A DNA stretch of 64,000 nt from Balanoglossus misakiensis (lineage: Eukaryota > Animalia > Hemichordata). The notes beneath the pieces are model-generated. The model made no database searches. It was not told where the DNA came from and saw only the letters and a program-made list of their open reading frames with translations. A program made the translations under genes and the position numbers. Positions within the stretch are counted from its first letter, which is position 1. Each line of letters begins with the position of its first letter. Location: contig CM082592.2 of NCBI GenBank assembly GCA_040954595.2, positions 5,176,506 through 5,240,505 of the forward strand, given 5' to 3'. Shown here piece by piece: positions 14,290-26,600 of this stretch.

Positions 14290-15188
14290 CTTGATTCAAC
14301 AGGTCAGGTATGGAGAGTGAGCGATGCTACGGGACACCACCCTTCATTGTGTGAAAGTGCTTTTATTTTCTCATGCAAATGCGGCGACGTGAAAAGAAGG
14401 CGCACACAGTTAAGCATACCTATAGTATTCATATGTAAGCAGGGCCATTTAGGTCAGCTTTGTCCATCACATGATATCTATCATGAAGCCATCTTATCAA
14501 TACCAAATATCAACCATGTGGTAGACAATGAACAACACTGCACTGAAATATCATATTTTGTTGGAATACACGCGCACATGTGCACGAAGATGTGCTCACG
14601 CCAAACTTTGTCCGAAGTATAAAAACTGACCATGGGACAGGTATGCATCGATGAATCCGATTTATTTCAAATATGCTTACATCACTACCCGAATAGATTT
14701 TCGTCTCCGAGGCAATAGTCATGGTAACAATTATGACAATTGTCGCGCATGTGTCTTACTGCTGTTGGCTGTGGTGATTGGAATGACCCCCCCCCCCCCT
14801 CCTAAATTTCGTTCACAAAATGTGTCTGAGAAGGACTCGACATATTGAGTTTTTCTACCATCAACTTAAATTAACATTAATTTCACTCGTCCATCTTTGC
14901 AATAACAAGTATTGACAATAAGTGCATTTAGTCTACTTGGAGAAAGAAATTGCATCAAATTCATTAAATTTTATAACTCGAAATCGTCACCATTGTCTGT
15001 TGCAAAGAGTGGAGAAAATCATTTCTATGAAAATCTCTCACGTTTGAATGTGGTTAATTCTGCGTGCATTCCTGGGTATTATCATGACAATAGTTGAGCT
15101 AGGCCTTTCCGCCTACCAGCGCGGAATGGCCGTCATAACCACCATTGTTTTCATTCAAATGTCACGGGCCTTGACTCGGACGGTAAAG
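14290..15188. promoter_or_regulatory. Probable bidirectional promoter between the two Reeler-EGF genes
   Basis: Only ~900 bp separate two divergent ATGs (14289 minus, 15189 plus), each followed by a signal peptide. Start sites are not mapped. Confidence 0.55.
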
Positions 15189-18100
15189 ATGGCGACGCCT
15201 AGGTTGGCCCTCCCAGTTCTCGTAAGTGTCTGCTCTGTTCTGCACGTCCTGTCCGCCGCGTCGAACTCCAGAACCCGACCGTCGATATGCCGTCACGTAA
15301 AGGACGGCCAAGCAATGTTTGACGCCCCTGCGGAGTCCGACTGGGTTCTGTGGGCCGGGGAGGGTCCGGATGACCAGTCGATCACCGGTATGTACACATA
15401 GCACAATGCTGAATCGTATATGACTGTATTATCTGTTCACAGTGGCCGGATAGTGGTCCGAGGAACCGTCGCTTATATCAGTGCGGTCATCTCATGTAAT
15501 TTAGCGCACATTTTCATTTCTGCCATTCAGGCTAGACTCTCCATGTTAGATCATGCCCGTCGGAAGATTGCGAAATACAGTATTGGGGTTACACACCCAT
15601 TGTTTACAACGTCTACCGAATACTCCCTTATACACAGCGCCCATAAAGGTTGTATACTTAAAAAGGCCCGATTCAATATACGTCACGCGGCTTTTGTGTC
15701 GGCGATCTTTCAACAGCAAAAAACTATTTGCTTGCACTAGATTTAACTGCAACATTAAATACTGTACATCGAATTCAGAAGCATTTTAAAACGGGTCGGC
15801 GGGGCGGATTCCACCTTTGTCAATACATTTGAATTCTAATACAAAGAGCGCTTCTGTACCTTTAACTCACGTATTAAAAGACACTGTTTTTCTGTATATA
15901 TGTCTATACGTCTGTCCATACGTCTGTCTGTCTATATGTCTGTCTGTCTGTCTCCCATCTATTAGTTAGGATAATTGGTTCTTCAAGTGTAGTGACCGAA
16001 CTGGAGCTCCTGGTGCGCTCACTACAACAATCCCACACATCCATGAGATGGGCATCCACGACAAGTGACGTCAGAATTACAACCTGTCGTTCAGACAACG
16101 ACACACTACAGTACAAGTACTCCCCGTCGTACTCAACGCAAAGCTTCAGGCTGAGTAAATCAAAACTCAAAACGGAACCATTTGAAATAATGTAAGTTTT
16201 CAAGTCTCAAAATTTCAGCTTTGACTACTAAGTAATTCTGTGGTGGAATATAACACACAATGCAGTCACCGAGCAGCAATGTAAATATAGTGTGCTACTT
16301 CAGCTTGTACGTTTTTATTATTTTCCAGTGTTTTAATAAATCGAAGTTACCCACACGGTGTTGAGTCATCTATATTGAAATGGAGACAACTTGGAAACAC
16401 GCAAAATAAATTTCAGCGAAAAGGTAAGCAGCAAAGGGCGTCCTCACCCGAACTCAAAACTTTGGGGGGGGGGGTATTCCTAACTTCGCCTCCGATCCCA
16501 GTATTGAGGGTGAATAACCAGAAAACGTGCGACACCATGATATTAAATATACATGTCACCTTAGAAGAAAATTACACTGGGGACTGCCGAAAGTCAAACT
16601 GGCTCTGATTGGATGGAAATCTCTATCACTGACGGCAGCCGTCAACGCAAATTCGCTTTCACTTTTTATTAAACCTTCAGCTCGGGCTGTGGAGTGTGAC
16701 GTCATCGTTTGCGAAAATGGCGGAGTGTGTGTTACCACAACAAATACCTGTGACTGCGCAACGGGATACATCGGGGGACACTGCGAGTGTATGTCATTTT
16801 ATTCCACAGTTATAGTTTGTCTAGATAGGGACAAAGTAAATAAAAAAGTTAAGTTTATGCATTTTATAAAATATGTGTGAGGAAGATGTCACGTTTTTCT
16901 TTGCTTGGGTACAGTTTTAATTGTTTGCCTTTCAAAGCTAACTTAGATTCTCTTTGCATGTGTACAGACCGAGACCTATGTTCAAGTATGCCCTGTCAAC
17001 ACAACGGGTCTTGTTTACAACCTGAGACCAGCGACAGATATGTGTGCACTTGCAAGGATGGATTCGAAGGAGTGGACTGTGAAATTGGTAAGTTCGAATT
17101 TGTTGTTTCCGAGGCTACTGTCTTGTATTGTCCGAGATCACCGTGGCAGTTCAAATACGAATACAAAACTACTTAAATGATTTTTCAACATGCCGCTACC
17201 TTAAAACTACTGTTATTTTTTTAATCAGAAAAATAAGAATTTTAGCCCTTTTCGCGTTATTTTGTGTTTAACATTATGGCTGCGTACCTATTTCAGAATT
17301 GCCCCAAGAAATATCCTGTAACGACATGCCTTGTCAAAATGGCGGCACCTGTTACCAAAGCAACGACCATGATCTCGGATATGTCTGCACGTGCCCACGG
17401 AACTTCATGGGTGTCAACTGTCAAATAGGTAAATTATAATGTTATAAAGTGTGGTTGGGTGGATGTGTATTCTTGTCGGCCTCTATACGTGTCACTCTGT
17501 ATAGAATCGTTCCATAAAGTTGCATCTCCGCTTAATTTTGTTCTGTTTCAGCTACGGGTATGGACAACTGCGCTTCAAATCCCTGTGTACGCGGAACGTG
17601 CTTGAATGTTGCCATAGGTTATTTGTGTGAAACAGGTAAGAATGAAGTACATGTACTAGTTAACTCACTAGCTTGCACGCATTTTGTGTTTTTAAAATAA
17701 CGTACAACCGATCGAGGCAATATTGACTAAAGTAACACGGTTTTTGTTGATTTCCAGAAGTCACCACATCTTCACAGAACAGCGATTCATATCCAAGAGG
17801 TCCTAACCCCCAGCCCTCATCGAAAAGTAAAATTGATGGTACGTTTTGCAAGTCTCTCGTTCTAGAAAAAAGTGCTGACGATCATCATCATTTCGGTGGT
17901 TACGCGACGATTTGCGTGTCTTGTTAATCTTCGTTGCACTTTCCGCGCCATTCGATTGCGTTTTTACTTAGCATAAACATGTATGTATATGTGGTCTCTC
18001 ATCAGTTGGCGTGATCGTTGGGATTGTCGTCGCTATGATACTGGGCGTCGCCATAGGGATAAGCATTTCAATTTTCATCTATTGTTTCAGGTAAGTTACT

Positions 18101-18703
18101 TATCATCCTCAGTCTGTAACCACCCCCTCCCTTACCAGAATTGAACCACCCAGAAACCTAGCATTTATTTGATTTGATTCGATTCGCAGGAGAAACAGTC
18201 GTGATGATGAATTGTACGCCGAACGCGGTCTTGAACGCACACGGGGCGACCAGGAGAACCAGCGGCGCCAACGCAAAGATGACGCGCGCGAGTTTCCCAT
18301 GCGCTCGTACGAGTCGATGACGTCGATATACGACGGACTGCCCGACAACACTCCCGTGGTTTTGACAGGGGAGCATCACCACGGCAACGGAGTCGACGAG
18401 GCGCCCGCCTCTTCGACCGACAATCTGGCGGCAGGTTCGCAGCACCACGGCACTCCACAAGAGCGCAAAACTCGCACTCCACACAGTAACCTCGCTCTGT
18501 CCCCGGAGAGTGTGCAACTGCACGAGGAACGTGCGTCGTCAGCCCGCCCGACAAACAGTGAACAGTCGAGAAACGCCACTCCGGCTCAACATACAAGTAT
18601 ACCGCTAAACATAACGCACACAGAAGCGAGGAACATAAACGACACCGAATCCAAGTCGTCAACGAACGATTCGAATTTCAACCAAATCGAGCAACCCGAC
18701 TGA
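15189..18703 (+). CDS. Type-I transmembrane protein: signal peptide, diverged Reeler-like domain, 3 EGF + 1 truncated EGF, TM helix, low-complexity cytoplasmic tail (~520 aa)
   Basis: Exons 15189-15387, 15966-16191, 16329-16423, 16681-16788, 16968-17087, 17297-17428, 17552-17635, 18006-18090, 18190-18703 join in frame (1563 nt). Signal peptide MATPRLALPVLVSVCSVLHVLSA. TM VGVIVGIVVAMILGVAIGISISIFIYCF followed by RR. AATAAA at ~19217. Confidence 0.85.
15901..15952. repeat. Degenerate (GTCT)n microsatellite just upstream of the exon 2 acceptor
   Basis: Visible tgtc repeats. Confidence 0.75.
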
Positions 18704-19391
18704 CCAGTAAAATATGGCGCCGGGATAAAATTTCCAAGAGCACAATTCAACGCGCCAGTTTGGTTCGGGAAAAAACATTCTCGACAACGAAAAATACAAT
18801 AGCCATCAGAGATTCGATTTAATTTCTTGATATTTGCTACTTGATTCTCAGATGTGAGATAGAGAAGATAAAAATTCACGTTTGCAATTCCCGATGCGCA
18901 AACGAAACTCAATGAATTTAGGGCCTACTTACACGTGTCGATTTTACAATCCACCAACAGGCTCAAAAACACAACTTCCATGCATTGCGAAATCTTTAGG
19001 ATTTCACAGTCTTAAATCTTTAAAATTATTTTTTTTAAATTATTCAAGATCAGTAAACATGACAACTAACATATATTTATTGAGAATATTATTTACGTCT
19101 TATGTAATATATACTGCCAAGTTTATTTTTAATTTCATTTTAAAATGCGGAGAACTATCACATTGTGCCTTTTAGCTGTTTCTGTGGTGCTGTGGCTATA
19201 GTCCCGTAGATGCTTTAATAAAACTTAATATAAAACAGTGATAAATTAATGGTGAAGGCGGTAATTCAGTTGCCAATTGCAAAGTGAATATCACTACCTT
19301 ATAATATGTGGGGAATGCACTGTTAACCTCCAGTTAGGCCTATTTATTGTTGCAAGTGCCAATCTTCCAGCTGTGAAGTCCTGTCACGGAG

Positions 19392-20785
19392 TCACTGATG
19401 TTTTGAATTGTCCGGGTGAGATTCTTTGACGCTTTCCTGTGTATGACAATAAAAAAAACTTAGACCCTATTACAAAGCCAAAGAGGATGATTCAATTTCA
19501 CAAACCAATCATTCTTTTCTTTTCTTCTCCTTCTGATGACTCGCCAAACACTTTTAAGCCAAACTGAGCTGGAGGTTTCCATAGGAGTGTATACGAAACT
19601 TTTACCCCCCCCCCCCCAAATTACAACACCATCTGAAAATGTCCACTGCCGAAACGACGTTCGCCACAAAATTTTATAAACGACCTGTATCAATGAACTC
19701 ACCAAGAGAGGGCGTCCCGCGGTTTCTAATGGTAAGAGCAGACATGTCACAGCTACCACGAAATTGAAAGCAACATAGAGACACAGAGCAAGTATGGGCG
19801 ATGATGCAACTAATGCCTGCAAATAGAATTTAAATAGTTCAGTGAACTCAGTGCGGAAAGGGACATAGCTGGATAACAGCTATTCCATACATGTGTATAA
19901 TGGAACAATTCCAATAATTTCATATTGTTAGGCCTACACATAAATTATGATAACCATGACGAATGCAATATATTGCTAACTTACTACAATAGGTTTGAAC
20001 ACCCGCTTGTCTATGACTAGGCTCTTGCAACATCTTCAGGGAGAAATGTATACCGTTATGTATATACAGAAAATGCCCAAGTGAACAAGTATGGGCTTCT
20101 ATTTCAGTTTATGTACCGAGGCGTCAATTTTCCACACTCACTTGTCCCAAGTATGGGGTCACCATTTCACCTAATCTGCTGAAACTTTGACACAGGACCA
20201 CACCAGATGACCTCACTGTAGTAGGGTAGACCTCACTTGTATAAAGGAATGCCATGTCAAACAAGGCTGTACTAACGGCACGGACCAAAAATCCAACGGC
20301 GACAAAATACGTGCTTGAATAAATAGGAAAGTAAGCTGAGATATTGCTTCGATCAACGTAGTATATGCCCTGGCACATACCCACGCACAGACCAATGCGT
20401 ATACACCCATCCATCCATACACAAACATACATCCATCATCCGATGGGTTGTTTTTCTTTTGCATATATCTAATCAAAGGCTTGTGGTTATCCCAATTTTG
20501 ACTTCTTGAACAACTTATACTGCTCGTGTGACCCTGGTGTGACCCCTACCTGTTCACGCAAACCATCAGCAATAGATAGGTGACAGCTGTAATCACTGAG
20601 AGTAAAGCCATGCTTCGTTTTCTTCCCAGCGCATAGTCGGCGACAATGCTAACTGGTATTGCTGCAGATGGTGGAAAGATGTTCATTTTATTCTCGTGAC
20701 AATGACGACAGACAGGAGACAGACAGACAGACGGACGGACGGACGGATGGGTGGGTGGGTGGGCGGGTGGACAGACAGACAGACG

Positions 20786-20816
<31 letters not shown>

Positions 20817-23640
20817 ACATACTTCTTACATGCACACCTCCGTGTATTACACTCCAAACATACCTAGAGCTTCCCCACACGACGTCAATATTGTTACCAG
20901 GTAAAGCTCAGACGTCACCGGACGGCAGTCACAGCCCCACTCACTCGCCGTGACCGTGGAAACACCTCCTTTGATCGCTGAACACACATCCGAAGTACTC
21001 TGTAGTGTTGTGATGACATATACCGCACCGTAATAGGAAAGACCAGAACCAAACCTTTTTTTCAAAAGATCACAGTAAGATTTTAGTTTGCTCCGTTGTC
21101 CCACGACAGACAGCGAATAGATCATGTCTTTCTCATCTGTAGCATTCGACATGTTAATGTAATCGTTCCGTTTCAGATCGGTTGAGCCATTTGAACCACT
21201 GTTGTTTTGATAGTACATGTATGTCTTTATGACTTGTCTATTCAAAAAAAGAACCATACAGTCATGGTAATACTGTACTATACATGTACGACTGAGTGGC
21301 TATATTGGCCGTCATGCCTGTATTAATAACTTAGATTAATAATCTAAATGATCGTTATTTTTGTACTCACCACAAGATTGCCAGTAGTACAGTGACCCGT
21401 CTGTACTTTTTATTGAACAATTCCCCCATTTTCCCTCGTTCACTCTGTAAATATAACAAAAGGAAGGTTTTCACGTAGTGTCCAGTCTATCTACTTGAAT
21501 TTTACGGGATTCGAACCTCGATGTACCGCTTCAATTTTGCGATTGCTAAGGTGGCGGATAGGTCTACTGTGACATGGGCGAGACATAACGCTTTACAGAA
21601 AATTGCATACATACATACATACCTTTGTTTCGACAACGCCCACCTTCAGCCGTCCGGGGGGTAAGTTGGTTTTATTTGTATCAGCTATCTTTTTCAGAAT
21701 GTTTGTCGCTTTCTGAATGTCTCCTGATGCCACGCAGTAATGCGGTGACTCTGGAATATACTGAATATGCGTAGAAATAAAAATGTTCTGAAGGATTACT
21801 TGCGTTTAAAACATCATAGAATGACCGATTTGAATATTTAATAAATTTCTGCAATCAGGGATATAAATTGACATTTACTGCGTCACAATTGATAAAAATT
21901 GGTACAGACATTGAATTCGTAAACTTGATTGATCTGACTGCATATTGGATGAATTTTGGTCTTAATAACTGCATATTTTTTATGAAACTTGCTACAGATA
22001 TTGATCGCCTGTGGTAAAACGTATAAGAAGGCTTCGTGGGACGACTTACCGGCAATCCTAACAACAATAAGAAGAACGGCAACGAAGATATCGCTACAAC
22101 CACTCTCCATCCAAGTGTTGGTATGATGACGTAATCAAGCACGCTCTGGAGGATGGTACCAAATACCCACGTGGTCTGGAAAAGATAGTTGCACCATCAT
22201 TACATCTCTGAGTTCGATATGAGATGACGTATGTACATCAGGACAGATACTACAATTAATGATTTTTTTCGCTCATTTACTCACCCAAAATGCCAGTAAA
22301 AAAGACCCCCGGTTCGCGCTTGGTAAAAATTCGGCAGCGTACGGAAATGCGATAGGCCCGCCTCCGAGGGACACGCCCATCACAAACCTTAAAAATAACA
22401 GCCAGCCGTACGTAGGTCCGAACGCACTGAGGAGTCCATAGTAGCCTCCTATCACAGTGACAGCAAACAATACCTAAAACAAGAAGAAATGCAAGGGTTG
22501 ATTGTACATTGATTGGTGTTTTTTTCATCAGTGAAAAAAGTCCAACACGGGGAGTGATTCATATAATGTGCAATTCACCGTGGTTTCGGGATGGGTTGAG
22601 AAAACTCTGTCCGACGTGAGAATGTTAGCTTTATTTTGCCTTGACGACAAGATGTTGTACCTGATTATGCAAAACGCAGAAAGTTCCATCCACTCACATA
22701 GCGAACTGACTAACAAGAACAATTGACAGTCATCTGGTGATAATTAGAATAATTGCTCGGAAGGTGCGAGTTGAATTCCGATCAGATGACGTGATTGTTC
22801 TGTGCCGCTGAGCAGAATAATATCGATAATTTCGATATGGAAATCTTATACTCCCAAAAAAATGACTTTTTAGATTTTGTAAATTTAGATATACGCAAGC
22901 AGTGATTCTTACCGTCCGACGCCCGAACTTGTCTGCCATTACTCCCCAACCGAAACATCCCAAATACGCGCCAAGAAACACAACCTGAGAAATGCAAATG
23001 AACTGTAAATGACCGCTGCCTCCAGCAACAACAACTTCCTCGCTGAATTATCGACAATTGGTGGAAAGGTGGCGAAAGTGTGTGACTTACGGCTCCAATT
23101 GCAGCTGTCTGGGCGTTGGATAACATCCATTCACACTGAACTGGTCTCGAAACAGCGGAAATCAGCAGAGACTCGAAGGCTTCCGATATCTGTGTAACAA
23201 AGATACAAGTTAAAGGCCCATGAGCTGCCAAGTTTCATACATATATATCATATATTGTCCCCCGCAACAAAATACTTCAAGTCTTCTTCTCCTTATCATT
23301 TGCATCGGTTTGTCTTGGTGACGCATACAACGATAGCTGCGTACTGTTTGCATGGAGTCTGATTAAACTGGTGCAGCACCAGTTGAATGTATCACTTGTT
23401 CAAATTGCAATATACAGCCACAATGTTTTTTGTCTACCACAATTTATTTTTTTTCCAAGGGGAGAACAATGGTGAGATATCGAGCTTCGTTGAAACGGGT
23501 GTCGGTTTCCCACTCACATTTCCCATTCCTAGCATGATTAAAATAAACACTTGAAATCGTCCAAAGCCAATTTTGGTCATTGCTTCCTCGACGGTGAAAG
23601 TCTGGTCCTCCGTCACTGTACCATAGTGACCGTCGGCCAT
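19392..23640 (-). CDS. SVOP: SVOP-like (synaptic vesicle 2-related) MFS transporter, ~484 aa
   Basis: Exons 23518-23640, 23091-23189, 22913-22984, 22285-22473, 22050-22175, 21623-21760, 21371-21444, 20864-21054, 20550-20661, 20142-20313, 19703-19816, 19392-19436 join in frame (1455 nt). Motifs TFTVEEAMTKIGFGRFQ, QCEW, WGVMADKFGRR, YAAEFLPS..RG, LGWR, IPESP, YTSEVYPTTVR, LPLETAGRPL. Could be an SVOP/SVOPL paralog rather than the ortholog. A 5' UTR exon probably ends at a donor near 24326. Confidence 0.88.
20706..20815. repeat. Compound (GACA)/(GACG)/(GGGT) microsatellite in an SVOP-like intron
   Basis: Directly visible; it generates the spurious CLSV/TDRQ ORFs. Confidence 0.9.
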
Positions 23641-26600
23641 AGTGTAATAGGCACAGTTCCTCTGCGGTACAGGGTCGAATCCTCGCGCGTTTGCACTTCT
23701 TCTGTTGGAGAAGGTCATGTAGAGATAAAGTGACAAGCGTCGTTCAAAAGTACTCTTGGCAATATTGGTTTCATGTAAATACCTGAAATTTCTTTCCGTG
23801 TGCATGTGAAATGCTCATTTCCAAGATGGCTGATTTTCTTGCACCTCATTTCGGCCTACCCAGCTCGGTAAATTATACCGTGGAGTGTCCTCGACCGATT
23901 TCAGCGAACACCAGCATGCATGTTTAGCTGTTGTGTGGAGCAGGTCTGGGGTGGAGCTGCAATCGGTCTCGGCAGGTTGTTTCTGACTGGCCAGTTCCTT
24001 TGTCAATTCACTCTAAAAACAGGTGCGCAACAACAGGTGAACGCATGGTATACCCAATGAGAAGGCACTCACCTTGCAAGGCTCTGCGCATTGCCTCATG
24101 AATGTACAAAACTGTTCCACAACTTCACGTTTAGATTTGTGGTTATCAAACTGTGATGCATTTCCGTTTGCTATCTTCCAAAACGTGTACCTCCACCAAT
24201 TCGCCCGCCTTTCTGCATTCATAATTCTTCGTTTCTTAGATCTGGTAATTTAGTTTACTTTGTATGATAATGAGCAACGGGCCTAAAATATACCGTATAC
24301 CACATATATCTTGTGTGCTATTCTTACCTTTGTGTTAAAATCGTTCCCTTCTGGTGTTTCTCGTTCGAGCTATCCTGTCGCACTGTGCAACAATAGCAGA
24401 ATACAACAGGAGGTACATGCACTATTAGCATTCATATCATCAGCATGATCAGTCGCGTTGCATCGCGTATACTGTAGTGTCTCAACAGGTTGAAATAGTC
24501 ACAATCATTGCTCGGCCGAAAGGTACATTACATGTAATTATACATGCAAACCATGGCTGGACCCGGAACAATGTATGCATTATAAAACGACAATGCTTCG
24601 TGAAACGTGTTGTTACTTGAATGAGGAAGAGACGCAGAGATCACGTGACAGCATTATGGGTGGCAAATTGTGTGCAGATTTTGTCACTTGTATGTCGTTT
24701 GTGACCGAGAGCCTTGAAAGTATGCAAACTATATGAGTTTTCCCTGCATTCGCTAAATTCACGGCCTTGTATTCCAAATAATATCACGATGGCCGATATT
24801 TTATTATTACAGATAACACGATTTGAAAACGCAGCAATTGAAAAATGATTATTCTGTCAACTTTTATACAATCATGTTCAACATTAAGTGTTTCCATGCA
24901 CTTTGTCCATACAATACCTTACCGAGAAAAGAATGAAATGCAATAATATTATCAGAGATACGTAACTACCAAAATAGATGTGTAATAAGCTCAGTTTATT
25001 CATTAAAGGGGGAAAAAAGGGAAAAGATAGAAAATCTGATTCCAGACTTTTGGATGTCGGTACACACAGTCTATAGAAATATATACAGGCATTGAAAAGT
25101 GTACTAAACAAATACACTTACACAAATGCACATATTGCACTAACATCGTCAATTTCTTCATTAATATTCATAAACATTGATATTCATGACCACTCAAAGT
25201 CATTTTCATGAGTTTCATAACTGACATTCAACAAGTACAATGGCTTATTATAGCCACGACTGACAACAAAGTTAAACAGGAATGAATAAACCAGTACAAT
25301 TGACAGGCATCAAGCAATTGTCTTGTGACCAAAAACAAGTTTTAACTAGACAGTACTGGAAAGATGAAAAATGGAAACATAATATGTTGGTTACATAATA
25401 GCTATCTTTCAGAACTGTTTTATATGCTACAAATTTTAGAAGAAAAAAAAACTTTCAAAAAACTTGCAAAAGCAGGTTTGCTTGTGATGTTTTGACCGCA
25501 GGGGCGGCGAGAAAACTAAAGTTGCCAACAAAACTTCAACACTACGAATTCATTTAACAGTTCAAATATAAGTGTATACTGAAATGTTAAACTTGATTCT
25601 AAAATGATTGTAAAATGATTGCAAGATTTTGAAATACGGTTTTGAAAACAGGTGTATTTACCTTTACGGTAGTTTTCTCTTGAAGTTGTTCACATAGTGG
25701 TGAAACACTCACATTATGATTGATTTTTTTACTTATACAGTCTTAAAGTATCATCCTGCCCTAACATTGACTGATACAGATCACTTGAACTTAATCCAAA
25801 TCGTGACTATACCGGAAACTTTTACATCTGAACGGGGGCTCTTTGGCTCAGTGGTACATTTTCTACTATTAAGAAAATGATAAATTTACAAAACAGAAAA
25901 ATGTCCATCACAACAAGGAGATTTTTCTGATTCCCCACACAACAAGCGATCGTCTGAGGGCACTATAACAAGCCTTGGAGCCGACACACTCGGCCTGGGC
26001 TGATTCAGAACACTTATACAGCGCCCTCTATAGTGACTGACTACTGCACTTTACACGATCGGATGGCTAAACTTTGGATCCCTACGCGAGATTTACTTGT
26101 CTGAAATCCTTCCAAGTGCAAAGAACCGTGCTTTACATCACTTCGATTTACCATGCATTTTATATAGTTTTGAAATCACAACAGATTTTTTTTTCACAGG
26201 GTGAAAATTCGTCACACAAATACACAAACAAGACATACAATCCATGTGGCACAAGTTGACTTGGCAAGCTTTAGATGACTACAATCTTTGACGGCTCATG
26301 TAAAATGTGACCAACATAATACTTGTGTATTTCAAATTTGGATTCTTCAAAATGCACTCTATAAAAAACGTGAAACTCTACGTATTTGGATATGTCCTGT
26401 TTGATATCATGTATTTGTTAGCTGAATAACTATTCACTGATCATATCAATTGAAAATAATTTGTATGACAAAGTCAAGCAGCATCTAGTTTAGGGGACCC
26501 TTCAACACAATTTGTCTGATAAATACAGTGTTTTTGGCATTTTGATCACTGACAACAAAAATCAATAGCTTTAGCCTGCAATTTTCCATATAACTTATAT

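Noticed and set aside
20546-20953. ORFs with CLSV/TDRQ repeats
   Set aside because: Translation of a microsatellite.
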